Source of the DNA: Candidatus Babeliales bacterium
GTDB lineage: Bacteria; Babelota; Babeliae; Babelales; JACPOV01
NCBI GenBank assembly: GCA_050250855.1
Contig: JBFWNW010000002.1
Coordinates: 1-64,000, forward strand
DNA length: 64,000 nucleotides
Direction: 5' to 3'
Shown: piece after piece, positions 29,977-40,232 of the stretch
Numbering within the stretch: position 1 is the stretch's first letter
How the letters are laid out: each line of letters begins with the position of its first letter
Position numbers and translations under genes: made by a program
Notes under the pieces: model-generated
Databases searched by the model: none
Told to the model about the DNA's origin: nothing
What the model saw: only the letters and a program-made list of their open reading frames with translations

Positions 29977-30080
29977 CCGTTCGTCCTGAGCCTGTCGAAG
30001 GATACGAACCAAAAATGATGCTTACCATTCGTATGCTTCGAGACGCAAACTAAAATAAGTTTGCTCCTCAGCACGAACGG
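29977..30080. repeat. REP-like/MITE-like palindromic element, copy 2
   Basis: CCGTTCGTCCTGAGCCTGTCGAAG ... CTTCGAGACGCAAACTAAAATAAGTTTGCTCCTCAGCACGAACGG; right arm is a near-identical reverse complement of the left arm of copy 1. Confidence 0.85.
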
Positions 30081-30094
30081 GCATTAAATTAATC

Positions 30095-32752
30095 TCAAAC
30101 CCTGCCAACTTGAATGGTAACAATTCGGCTTGGATCTAAAATCTTTTTAACCGCTTCCTGTACATCTTGAACAGTAATTTTTTCAAAGATTTTATAACGC
30201 TGTTCAAAATAGTCATGCGGCAAATCATAACGGTCCAACACTAAAAAGATATTTGCTATAGAGCTATTTCTTGCATACAAAGAATCATACCCATTAAGAA
30301 TCATGTTTTTAGCTTCTTGCAAAGATTCTTGTGTTATTGAATCTGGCACTTCTTGTATTGTTGCTAGAATAAGCTTTTTTGCTTCTTCTAAGCGGTCTTT
30401 TGATACTTTAGTACTTATGCAAGCATAACCTGGTTGTTTGCCTGAATTTTCAAGTAAATCAGCATGGATTGAATAAAAAATACCGTATTTTTCACGTATT
30501 TGGAAAAAGATAGAATTCCAGCTACTGATTATCTGTTCGGCTAAAACTAGTTTATCAAAATCTTCATGGTAGCGATCAACTGATTGTGCTGCAAATACTA
30601 GGACAATTTGGTCTCGGTCCATATAATGATTTGCCGTAGAAGATTCCACAGGAATTAATGCAGGATATTCTATTTTTTGTATTTGTGGCCCTTGCCAGGT
30701 GCCAAAATATTTTTCTAGCAATGTTGGAAGATCATGATTAGTAAGATCGCCAACTGCGGATATTTTTGCACCGCATGGTGTTACAAAGTTTTTATATGCT
30801 GCAATAATATCTTTGCGTTTAATCTTCTGTATACTTTCAACAGTTCCCAAGCTATTTTTAGCAAAAGGATGGCCTTTATATAATAGTTCTTGCATTAACT
30901 GCTGAGCTTTAGCTTGTTGACTTTCTTCATGGCGAATAATATCAGCAAGTACCCAATCTTTTACTTTAGCTAAAGCATTTTTTTCAAATTTTGCTTTCAT
31001 TAAAAGTTCTTGTAAAATTTCTAGGCCTTTTTCTAGATCTTGTGCAAGCATGGTAAGAGTTACAAAACCGCAGCCGCCAGATAATTCCATGCCGCGAGAT
31101 TCAAGCTCGTATGCCAACTGCTCTGCAGTATAGTTTTCTGTGCCACCTTCTTTTATCATAGGAATTAATAAAGAAAAAATTCCTGGCAATTCATCCGGCT
31201 CATGCGATCCATCAAATTCAAATTCTACTTTGACAGTTATTTTGGGAACATTTGCATTATGATGATAAAAAACTTTAATATCATTAGAAAGTGTAGTGCA
31301 AACTGGCTTTATATAAGTGCGTTGTTTAACTGCTTGTAAATCAATAGTATGCACATATTTTGGCGCTTGTAGCTCAGTTTCACGAATGCGCCCTTGCAAA
31401 ATACGCGCATCTTCTTTATCTGAAAGTTCTTGCAAATCAAGCCAATGTCTCTTTTCCTCTTCAGGCAAAGGAAATATATATCCTTTATGCATTAAGATAG
31501 GGCGCATATACTCTTGGACTAAACTCTTAACACTATCATTTATCTGCTCATATGATTCTGTTGGTTCTTTAAAAATATGTTCTTCATCGCCTGTTGCTAT
31601 ATAACTATAAGCAATTGATTTTGCTTGCGCATGATTACTTTCAAGCAAACGATATAGGCTTGATTTAATAAGTATTCGAGTTTTTTTATATTCCTGCAAA
31701 GAGATTCCTTCTTTGGCCAATAATAGCAACTCTTGCTCGATAACCTTTATAATAGTTTCAATATCTTCTTGCTTGCATGGCTCAAAAATACAATAAAAAA
31801 AGTTATAATCTATTAATCCCATATTTGAAGTATCAATTGAAGTAACTAATTTCAATTCATCAACCAATTTTTTATGCAAGCGAGAATCTTTGCCATCTGC
31901 TAATGCTGTATGAATAAGATCAAGAGCAAATTCATTACAATTTTTTAATCCAGGGATTGAAAAACCAAGTACTACCTGCGGCACTTTTACCGCACGATAA
32001 AGAGCTACTGTTTTTGATTCTAAATCTTTTTGTACATAAAAATCATTTTTTGGCAACTCAGGCAATGGTTTTAAAGAACCAAAATTAAGCTCTGCTAATG
32101 CAAACAGCTCATCAATATCCACATCACCTACAACAACAAGCGTAGCATTATTAGGGCCATAGTGCGTTTTGTAAAAATTAATTAACGATTCACGTGATAA
32201 GTTCCATAAATCTTGTTTATAACCAATTACTGGATAATGATATGGATGATCGGGAAATGCTGCTGTGATTAATTTAAGCGTTAAATCTTGTAAGTAATGA
32301 TCCTTATACATTTTAAGCTCTTGAATTACCACTTTTAATTCAGCATTCAACTTATCTTCATTAAAGGTACAGTTGCTCATACAATCTGCCATAATGGGAA
32401 GAAATTCTTTCCAATAAGCTTTAGGAGTATTGAAATAAAAGTGTGTATAATCAAAACTTGTTGCAGCATTCATGAAGCCAGAAACTTTATTGACTATCAT
32501 GGGCAGGTCTGCTTCAGATAATTTTTCTGTACCACCAAAAATCATATGCTCAATTAAATGAGCTAATCCTTTTTCATGCGCTTGTTCATGCTTTGAACCA
32601 ACGTTATACCACATTTGCAAGGAAACTTTATCTGATGTTTTGACTGGTCGCACCAAAATGGTAAGGCCATTATCTAAAACTTTTTTGAAAACATGCGGCT
32701 CTGCATAGAGCTGAAATGCTATACAAGAAAATAATAATAAAAACTTTTTCAT
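30095..32752 (-). CDS. M16 family zinc metallopeptidase with signal peptide
   Basis: GLAHLIEHMIFGGT (HxxEH), NAATSFDYT, IREKYGIFY. Start moved to ATG 32752 (MKKFLLLFSCIAFQLYA). Confidence 0.92.
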   Translation of the reverse strand: MKKFLLLFSCIAFQLYAEPHVFKKVLDNGLTILVRPVKTSDKVSLQMWYNVGSKHEQAHEKGLAHLIEHMIFGGTEKLSEADLPMIVNKVSGFMNAATSFDYTHFYFNTPKAYWKEFLPIMADCMSNCTFNEDKLNAELKVVIQELKMYKDHYLQDLTLKLITAAFPDHPYHYPVIGYKQDLWNLSRESLINFYKTHYGPNNATLVVVGDVDIDELFALAELNFGSLKPLPELPKNDFYVQKDLESKTVALYRAVKVPQVVLGFSIPGLKNCNEFALDLIHTALADGKDSRLHKKLVDELKLVTSIDTSNMGLIDYNFFYCIFEPCKQEDIETIIKVIEQELLLLAKEGISLQEYKKTRILIKSSLYRLLESNHAQAKSIAYSYIATGDEEHIFKEPTESYEQINDSVKSLVQEYMRPILMHKGYIFPLPEEEKRHWLDLQELSDKEDARILQGRIRETELQAPKYVHTIDLQAVKQRTYIKPVCTTLSNDIKVFYHHNANVPKITVKVEFEFDGSHEPDELPGIFSLLIPMIKEGGTENYTAEQLAYELESRGMELSGGCGFVTLTMLAQDLEKGLEILQELLMKAKFEKNALAKVKDWVLADIIRHEESQQAKAQQLMQELLYKGHPFAKNSLGTVESIQKIKRKDIIAAYKNFVTPCGAKISAVGDLTNHDLPTLLEKYFGTWQGPQIQKIEYPALIPVESSTANHYMDRDQIVLVFAAQSVDRYHEDFDKLVLAEQIISSWNSIFFQIREKYGIFYSIHADLLENSGKQPGYACISTKVSKDRLEEAKKLILATIQEVPDSITQESLQEAKNMILNGYDSLYARNSSIANIFLVLDRYDLPHDYFEQRYKIFEKITVQDVQEAVKKILDPSRIVTIQVGRV

Positions 32753-32753
32753 C

Positions 32754-33161
32754 TTAAACCTCAACCGTTTCTATTGTTAACTCATCACCATCAAAACTTA
32801 TAGTATAGCTACCAGGAATAATTTCAAAATCTTGCATAGGACTGAATTGATAACTAATTTTTGTCTCTTGCTGAGTATCTACATCTACACCCCTCAAGTA
32901 GCTTAGACCTAGAATAATCTTATTACCCCAATAAGATATTCCATTGTGTTGGAAAGAAGAAATAATTTCTGCATATTCTTGAGAATCTAATTTTTTTTCT
33001 ACTTTTATCCACTGCTCATTATTCAAATCTATCTTTGAGATAATGATACAATATATAATTTTGTTAGTAGCATTGTGTAAATACAGAGGACCAATTTGAA
33101 CGTTGCCATACAATGAAAAAATTGAACTCAATGCAATAGCAAACTTTATTATCTTAAACAT
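32754..33161 (-). CDS. Hypothetical exported protein
   Basis: 135 aa, GGAGG RBS, signal-like N-terminus, beta-rich. Confidence 0.7.
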   Translation of the reverse strand: MFKIIKFAIALSSIFSLYGNVQIGPLYLHNATNKIIYCIIISKIDLNNEQWIKVEKKLDSQEYAEIISSFQHNGISYWGNKIILGLSYLRGVDVDTQQETKISYQFSPMQDFEIIPGSYTISFDGDELTIETVEV

Positions 33162-33190
33162 AAGAAAAAACCTCCATTAAATAATCAAAA

Positions 33191-35821
33191 CTATACACGT
33201 CCTACTTTTATTTTTATCAACTTAGTTATATCCAATACTCGTTTTACCGCTGGCAATATAACATCTGCTGGCACTTCGCTTAATTGGCGAGCGCGATGAT
33301 CAAAATAATCTTCAGGTAAATTAAATCGCTCCATAAAAAGCATAGTAGCCGCAATATTGCTATTATTTGCAAAATTATCAATTAAGGTATTTGCAATAGC
33401 ATTCTTTGCTTCTTCAAGCTCATATTCATTAATATACAATGGTGATTCTTGAATAGTTTTTTCTAATGCTTCTTGTGCTTCTTTTAAACGATCAAGAGAT
33501 ACAATAGTTTTGATAAAAACCATACCTGGCTGTTCATCTGCTTGAGAAAGCAATGAACCACCAATAGTATAAAAAAGGCCCGATTGTTCACGCAGAGCAA
33601 AAAGACGAGAACTCATAGAACCTAATATGCTTCCCGCAAAAATCTGGTCAAAAAGCATAATTTTATCAAAATCTTTATCTAAGCGAGAAATCGATTGTCC
33701 TGCATAAGCAAGCACTACTTGGTCTCTATTAATTGTGTAATCAATAGTATGTGGCTTTAAAGGAACTAATGCTGGATATTCTACCGGTTTTATAACAGGT
33801 CCTTGCCATGATCCAAGCATTTTTTCTAAAATCTTTGGAACATCATAATCACGCAGATCACCTGAAATAGAAAGAATAGCATCATACGGACTGATGTAAT
33901 CATGATACGCTTTGAGAATATCTTCACGCGTAATTGCTTTAATAGATTGTGCATCGCCATATACTTTTTTACTATACGGATGCCCTTTATAAATTTCTTC
34001 GCGAGCTAGTTGCGCAATAAACGCACTTGGATTATCCCAATAATTTTTAAGCTCTACTAAAATCTGCTCACGAACCTTTTCTAAATGTTTTTGTTCAAAC
34101 GTAGCTTGCGTTAAAACCTCTAGCAACAGTTCAAGACCCATTTGAAAATCTTGAGAAAGCATGCTCATGGTAACACGCCCTGGTGTAACACTCATGCTCA
34201 TACCGCGAGATTCAATTGCTTGTGCAAGTTGTGCTGCAGTATAATTTTTAGTTCCTTCAAGCATCATAGCGGCCATAAAAGCATTTAATCCTTGTAAATG
34301 CTCAGGATCATAGTAATGTTTTGCCTTCATGCTTAAAGTAAGCTCAATCATGGGAACATTAGCATTTGAGTAGTAAACAACCTTCAAGCCGTTTGCAAGT
34401 TTTGTTTTTTGTGCGCGAGGAAATTTAAAATCTTTTGGTTTAAGTACTTCAATAGTATGAACATGATTACCTTCTTCAACCGGTATTTCACGCTGCACTT
34501 GGCCTAAAATTTTTGCATCAAGTTCATCAGATTTTTCCTGCAATGCTTGCCAACGATCTTTATCTTTTTGCTCTAGAGGCAATACAAAACCTTTATGCAT
34601 AACTGAAGGATGGCAATACTCTTTGAGCAAACCAACGAGCGTTGATTCTACTTTATCTTCTGGAAAGTTAAGATAGTTAAAGAGAAAATTTTCATCGCCT
34701 GTTGCTAAATACGATTGGCCAATTACGTACGCTTGTTTTTGATTGTCTTCTAATAAATCAAGATATTGTGCTTCTGCTTGTTTGCGCGCACGAACAAGTT
34801 CTTCAGGTTTTAGGCCATTATCAATAATTGATTGAATCTCTTTTTGAATAAGCTTAACAATAGTATCAATATCTTCTACCCGTTTTGGCTGAAAATAAAT
34901 AAAGAATGGCGAAACATCAAAAAGATCATAATTAAACGCTTCAACATTCGTCACCAATTGCAACTCATCAACAAGTAAATGATGCAAGCGAGAGCCTTTA
35001 CCTTGCGCTAAAACCCATGATAAAACATCAAGAACATAATCATTCTTTGCACGAGCACCTGGCAATACCCAAGAAAGAAGCACGATCGGTTGTTGTACAT
35101 CGCGATATAAGGTAACCGTTTTGGCAATAAGATCTGGATTATAATAATAGTCTTCCTTAGCATAATCATTATTGCGCTCAAGAGAACCAAAATATTTTTC
35201 TGCTAAAGCAAAAACATCTTCAGAATTAACGTCACCAACAACAACTAAGGTAGCATTGTTAGGCACATAATGCTTTTGGTAAAAATTAATAAGATTGTCT
35301 CGCTTTAAGCTCCACAAATCTTGCTTAAAGCCAATAATAGGAAAATGGTAAGGATGATCAGGAAATATAGTAGAAATCATTTCTTCAGTTAAGCTAGAGC
35401 CGTAATTATCTTTATACATTTTAAGCTCTTGAATAACCGCCTTCATTTCTGAAGCTAAAAGCTCTTCTTTAAAAGTACAATTGCGCATACAATCTGCCAT
35501 AATAGGCAACGCTTCTTGCCAATGGTGGGAAGGAAAATCAAAAAGGTAGCCAGTATAATCGTATGAAGTGAAGGCGTTGCAGTACCCTGACAACTTATGA
35601 GTTATCATATTAATATCTGACTCGGTAAGGGTCGCCGTTCCCTTAAAAATCATATGCTCAATCAGGTGAGCTATGCCTTTTTCATTGCTTTTTTCGTCTT
35701 TTGAACCTACGTTATACCAAAGCTGGACAGATACCTTAGGGACAATATGATTCGGGCGAACCAATACGGTCAAACCATTTTTTAGTACTTTTTTAAACAC
35801 TTTATGCTCAGAATTTTTCAT
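33191..35821 (-). CDS. M16 family zinc metallopeptidase, no signal peptide
   Basis: GIAHLIEHMIFKGT, NAFTSYDYT, SRLFALREQSGLFY. Start moved to ATG 35821 (GGAG RBS). Confidence 0.93.
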   Translation of the reverse strand: MKNSEHKVFKKVLKNGLTVLVRPNHIVPKVSVQLWYNVGSKDEKSNEKGIAHLIEHMIFKGTATLTESDINMITHKLSGYCNAFTSYDYTGYLFDFPSHHWQEALPIMADCMRNCTFKEELLASEMKAVIQELKMYKDNYGSSLTEEMISTIFPDHPYHFPIIGFKQDLWSLKRDNLINFYQKHYVPNNATLVVVGDVNSEDVFALAEKYFGSLERNNDYAKEDYYYNPDLIAKTVTLYRDVQQPIVLLSWVLPGARAKNDYVLDVLSWVLAQGKGSRLHHLLVDELQLVTNVEAFNYDLFDVSPFFIYFQPKRVEDIDTIVKLIQKEIQSIIDNGLKPEELVRARKQAEAQYLDLLEDNQKQAYVIGQSYLATGDENFLFNYLNFPEDKVESTLVGLLKEYCHPSVMHKGFVLPLEQKDKDRWQALQEKSDELDAKILGQVQREIPVEEGNHVHTIEVLKPKDFKFPRAQKTKLANGLKVVYYSNANVPMIELTLSMKAKHYYDPEHLQGLNAFMAAMMLEGTKNYTAAQLAQAIESRGMSMSVTPGRVTMSMLSQDFQMGLELLLEVLTQATFEQKHLEKVREQILVELKNYWDNPSAFIAQLAREEIYKGHPYSKKVYGDAQSIKAITREDILKAYHDYISPYDAILSISGDLRDYDVPKILEKMLGSWQGPVIKPVEYPALVPLKPHTIDYTINRDQVVLAYAGQSISRLDKDFDKIMLFDQIFAGSILGSMSSRLFALREQSGLFYTIGGSLLSQADEQPGMVFIKTIVSLDRLKEAQEALEKTIQESPLYINEYELEEAKNAIANTLIDNFANNSNIAATMLFMERFNLPEDYFDHRARQLSEVPADVILPAVKRVLDITKLIKIKVGRV

Positions 35822-36009
35822 TAAAAGCTCCATAAATTCAGTATTTTTGATATTTTTTAAGAATACCATACTTAATCAAAAAGAGCAAAAGAGAAATTTT
35901 CTATTCGAAAATAACAAACATTCATTTCAATATGAAAAATTTGACCTGATTTGACAACAAACATGCATAAAGAGAGGGTTTTAACCCAAGTCGAAGTATA
36001 AAATAAGCC

Positions 36010-36747
36010 TTAAAGCAGATCTTCCATACATTGCTCAATGAAAGTTCTTACTTGCCTCATAATATGAGCTCTGGCATCAACATTATGCAGAAAGTCCAGA
36101 TTTCCATCAAGAATCAGTAATGGACGATCAAGAAGCCATTGATCATCTATATCTTCTTTATCAATCAACCATTTTTCATGGAAGTAATATTCTTGCATAT
36201 AATAATCAAGTAGAGCTTCTTGTTCTTCTGATCTATTCCTTTTTTTAATACGCATATAGCAAACATCTGGTGTTGTGCGCAAGTAAATAAATGCTGAAGG
36301 TTTCATACTTGTGCGGGCTTGTGCATAATCAAACCACTCACTATACAAATGCCATTCTAGAGGACTAAAAATTTTCCCTTGATGTAACATTTTTCCAAAA
36401 ACATAGTAGGTAGAAAAAATAGAACGATCACCAATAAGAATATTTTTATCTGTTTCTTGCGCTACTTGAAATGCTACCTGATCTTGTAATACAAATGCAT
36501 AGGTCTGGAACGTATAGGTCCAGCGTTTATTATCTTGATAATAAAGCTCTAATAGATTTCCTTTACCGCCAACATCTTGCACTTTATCAACCGGTTCATA
36601 CACCACTTGCACTAAATCTGATAAATCTTCCTGAATTAATTTAAGTAATGTAGACTTCCCTGCACCCGTTGTTCCTTCTAATGTAATAAGAATTTTTGGA
36701 CAAGCTGCTGAATGGACAAAAAAGAATAATAATAATATTTTTTTCAT
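36010..36747 (-). CDS. Deoxynucleoside kinase (dNK family) with signal-like N-terminus
   Basis: EGTTGAGKST P-loop, YEPV, DRSIFS, RIKKRNRSEE lid. Start moved to ATG 36747 (AAGGA RBS). Confidence 0.9.
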   Translation of the reverse strand: MKKILLLFFFVHSAACPKILITLEGTTGAGKSTLLKLIQEDLSDLVQVVYEPVDKVQDVGGKGNLLELYYQDNKRWTYTFQTYAFVLQDQVAFQVAQETDKNILIGDRSIFSTYYVFGKMLHQGKIFSPLEWHLYSEWFDYAQARTSMKPSAFIYLRTTPDVCYMRIKKRNRSEEQEALLDYYMQEYYFHEKWLIDKEDIDDQWLLDRPLLILDGNLDFLHNVDARAHIMRQVRTFIEQCMEDLL

Positions 36748-36877
36748 AAGATCCTTTTTATTGTTATACATGAGCACTAGTAAAAGTAATTATTTTGAAC
36801 TAGAGTAAAATAAATTTCACAAAAGGATACGGAATGAGCCAGAAAAGTCAAATTTAAACATCAAAAAATATAAAAAT

Positions 36878-38254
36878 ATGAGTAGTAAAAATAGTTCATA
36901 TAGCCACTGGGTCAAAAAAAATAGTTATTATCACCATTACATTCTTTCTTTGTATCGCTCATTAATTCCTGCACATCAAACAGTATTGCAGGTAGGCTGT
37001 AAAAACGGTTTTGTTGTAAAAAATATTAAAGCCGCTCAAGCAGTTGGCATAGAATCTGATAGTAAAGCATTACAAGAAGCTTTGGACACTATTTCTCATC
37101 ATGCTTTTTATAGTTCATTAGAGCAAGTTCCGGTACAAACTTTTGATTATATTATTCTTTCATCATCAACACATGAAACAGATGATGTTCAAAATCTTTT
37201 GCAACAGCTGCAGCCTTATTGCTCACAAAAAACACGCATTATTGTAGATTTTTATTCATTCTTATGGGAACCAACCTTGCGGGTCTTACAAAAATTGGGT
37301 TTCAGAAGACCAACGCCACTTAAAAATTGGCTTTCTTTTTATGATATAAAAAATTTTTTATATCTTGCTGGCTTTGAAGTTATTACCCACCAGCGCAAAA
37401 TGCTTATACCTTGTTATATTCCTTTAATTTCATGGGTTTTTAATAGTTTTATTGCCAATATTCCTTTAATAAATCGGCTTTGCTTAATGGAATTTATTGT
37501 CGCTCGACCTCTTGTCCCCAAAAAAGAACCTGCTTTATTTAAAGCTTCTGTCATTATTCCCTGCCGTAATGAAAAAGGAAATATTGAACCTGCCGTACTC
37601 CGCTGCCCTTTAATGGGAAAAGAAACAGAAATTATTTTTGTTGAAGGCAATTCCAAAGATGGCACCGTTGAAGAAATTGAGCGTATTATAAAAAAATATC
37701 CTGAAAAAACTATTAAATTCTTAAAACAAGATGGTAAAGGAAAAGGGGATGCCGTACGTAAAGGCTTTGAGCATGCAACAGGTGATATTTTAATGATTCA
37801 AGATGCAGATCTTACTGCACCACCAGAAGAGCTACCAAAATTTTTCAATGCTTTAATTGAAGGGCAAGGCGAATTTATTAATGGCTCTCGTTTAATTTAT
37901 GGCATGGAAGAAAAAGCAATGCGTTTTTTGAATATGATTGCAAATCATGGCTTTGCCTTAGGATTTAGTTGGCTTTTGGGTCAGCGCGTTAAAGATACGC
38001 TATGCGGCACAAAAGTTTTATTTAAAAAAGATTATGAAAAAATTGCAGCAAATAGACACTATTTTGGTGAATTTGACCCGTTTGGTGATTTTGACCTTCT
38101 TTTTGGTGCAGCAAAACAGAATTTAAAAATTATTGATTTACCAGTACACTACAAACAACGAACCTATGGCTCTACACAAATTAGGCGCTTTTATCATGGC
38201 TTACTTCTTGTTAAGATGAGCATAATAGGCCTGAAAAAATTTAAGCTATATTAA
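36878..38254 (+). CDS. Methyltransferase-like domain fused to GT2 (polyprenol-phosphate glycosyltransferase-like)
   Basis: N-terminal VLQVGCKNG and FDYIILS; C-terminal VIIPCRNE, DADLT, DTLCGTK, DPFGDFDLLFG. Confidence 0.85.
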   Translation: MSSKNSSYSHWVKKNSYYHHYILSLYRSLIPAHQTVLQVGCKNGFVVKNIKAAQAVGIESDSKALQEALDTISHHAFYSSLEQVPVQTFDYIILSSSTHETDDVQNLLQQLQPYCSQKTRIIVDFYSFLWEPTLRVLQKLGFRRPTPLKNWLSFYDIKNFLYLAGFEVITHQRKMLIPCYIPLISWVFNSFIANIPLINRLCLMEFIVARPLVPKKEPALFKASVIIPCRNEKGNIEPAVLRCPLMGKETEIIFVEGNSKDGTVEEIERIIKKYPEKTIKFLKQDGKGKGDAVRKGFEHATGDILMIQDADLTAPPEELPKFFNALIEGQGEFINGSRLIYGMEEKAMRFLNMIANHGFALGFSWLLGQRVKDTLCGTKVLFKKDYEKIAANRHYFGEFDPFGDFDLLFGAAKQNLKIIDLPVHYKQRTYGSTQIRRFYHGLLLVKMSIIGLKKFKLY

Positions 38255-38267
38255 AAAAAGGGTTTTT

Positions 38268-40232
38268 ATGTGCGGCATAGCTGGCTACATCAACTGCTCT
38301 AATCAAAATTTTTCCTTAGATACTAACCTTCTTGAAAATATGCAAAAAAGCTTAAAGCACCGCGGGCCAGATGGCTATCGCATTTGGACTTCAGAAAAAC
38401 ATGAAATTGGTTTAATTCATCGCCGTTTGAGTATTGTTGATCTTTCTGATGCTGGTTTTCAACCTATGTTTGATACAGAAAAAACAATCGCCGTCTGCTG
38501 CAATGGAGAAATTTATAACCACAAAATCTTACGTACCGAGCTTGAAGGCTATGGTTATACCTTTTCATCCCACTCTGATACTGAAGTTATAGTATATGCG
38601 TATAAAAAATGGGGCATTGAATTTATTAATAAGCTTGAAGGTATGTTTGCCATCATTATCTTTGATCTTCCAAAAAATGAGCTGTATCTTGTCAGAGACC
38701 GCATCGGCGTAAAACCTCTTTATTTTTCACTGCAAAATGGCATTTTAAGTTTTGGTTCAGAAATTAAAGCACTATGGCAATTACCATGGAACCAAAAAAA
38801 ATTAAATGAGCGAGCACTCTATCACTACCTGACCTTTCTTGCTACCCCTGCTCCCATGACGTTATATCAAAATGTCTATAAACTCCCACCTAGTTTTTAT
38901 GCAAAACTTGATGCTCAGCGCAACCTTAGTTTTACTGAGTGGTACAATCCTATGCAACAGGCCACAATAATCAATCCTCAAGAGTATAAAAATGAAGCTA
39001 CCTGCATAAAAAATATTCGTTCAATTTTTAAGGATGCTGTTGAAAAACGTCTCATGACAGATGTTCCTTTTGGGGCATTTCTTTCTGGCGGCATTGATTC
39101 AAGTTTAATTGTCGCTTATATGGCACAATTTACTGATAACGTAAAAACTTTTAATGTATCATTTGATGATGGCCCTGAATACAGTGAAATTGGCTGGGCT
39201 CGAAAGGTTGCACGCAAATTTGGCACCGATCATCATGAAATTATTATTTCTGAAAAAGAAGCTTTTAATTTTTTTGAAAAAATGGTTCATTACCAAGACG
39301 AGCCACTTGCCGACTGTGTTTGTATCCCTCTTTATTATGTTTCAAAACTACTCAAAGATGCTGGCGTTACGGTAGCACTGGTAGGAGAAGGTTCTGATGA
39401 GCTTTTTTGCGGCTACACAACCTATGCGCAATATATAAATTTCTACAATCGTTATTGGAAGTATTCTCAAAAATTTGTTCCTGCCTTTGCAAAAAAGAGC
39501 ATGTATCAAGTTATGTCCCAGTTTTTTCCTGAACGCCTTAATCATCTTGATATTATGCGCAATTGGGCGTATAACCGAGAATTTTTTTGGAGTGGCGCAA
39601 CTTCATTTTCAGAACATTGGAAACATAATTTCGTCATAGAAAAAGATTTATCTTTTGATCCTATACTAGATGCTATTTATAAAGGCTTTAAACAAAACTT
39701 TGATAGCTATAGCATTGTTGAATATCATCTTTCTGAACTCAAAAAATACAAACCTAACGCTGATTTTCTTACCTCTATGATTTATCTTGAATTAAAGCAA
39801 AGACTTTCTGAGCTTTTACTGATGCGCGTTGATAAAATGACTATGGCAACTTCCGTAGAAGGCCGTGTCCCTTTCCTTGATAGAACTATGGTTGAATATG
39901 CACTCAATATGCCAAGTCACTATAAATATAAAAATGGCACAACAAAATATATCCTCAAAAAGGCCGCTGAAGGTATCTTGCCGCATGATGTAATCTACCG
40001 CAAAAAAATGGGCTTTGCAGCGCCAACAACACGCTGGTTTAAGCAAGGCAACTATTTTCCAACGTACTTTAAAGATATGCTTGCAAGCAAGCGCACTGAA
40101 TGGAATGAATTTATTGATATAAAAGCAATTGAAAACCTCTATACAAAAAATTTAACCAATAAGTATGAATATTCTTTGCAGTTGTGGACTATACAAAACC
40201 TACTAGCAACAGATATTGGAAATAGTTTATGA
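38268..40232 (+). CDS. asnB: Asparagine synthase (glutamine-hydrolysing) family amidotransferase
   Basis: MCGIAG, HRGPD, HRRLSIVD, NGEIYN, FLSGGIDSS, GEGSDELF, EGRVPFLD. Confidence 0.93.
   Translation: MCGIAGYINCSNQNFSLDTNLLENMQKSLKHRGPDGYRIWTSEKHEIGLIHRRLSIVDLSDAGFQPMFDTEKTIAVCCNGEIYNHKILRTELEGYGYTFSSHSDTEVIVYAYKKWGIEFINKLEGMFAIIIFDLPKNELYLVRDRIGVKPLYFSLQNGILSFGSEIKALWQLPWNQKKLNERALYHYLTFLATPAPMTLYQNVYKLPPSFYAKLDAQRNLSFTEWYNPMQQATIINPQEYKNEATCIKNIRSIFKDAVEKRLMTDVPFGAFLSGGIDSSLIVAYMAQFTDNVKTFNVSFDDGPEYSEIGWARKVARKFGTDHHEIIISEKEAFNFFEKMVHYQDEPLADCVCIPLYYVSKLLKDAGVTVALVGEGSDELFCGYTTYAQYINFYNRYWKYSQKFVPAFAKKSMYQVMSQFFPERLNHLDIMRNWAYNREFFWSGATSFSEHWKHNFVIEKDLSFDPILDAIYKGFKQNFDSYSIVEYHLSELKKYKPNADFLTSMIYLELKQRLSELLLMRVDKMTMATSVEGRVPFLDRTMVEYALNMPSHYKYKNGTTKYILKKAAEGILPHDVIYRKKMGFAAPTTRWFKQGNYFPTYFKDMLASKRTEWNEFIDIKAIENLYTKNLTNKYEYSLQLWTIQNLLATDIGNSL

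Noticed and set aside
24152..30080. Possible CRISPR array from the palindromic repeats
   Set aside because: Only two dispersed inverted-repeat elements; no regularly spaced direct repeats with unique spacers and no cas genes.
38268..40232. AsnB as a lasso-peptide cyclase or general asparagine biosynthesis gene
   Set aside because: Intact N-terminal Cys glutaminase domain, no precursor peptide or B protein nearby, and glycosyltransferase context point to glycan amidation.
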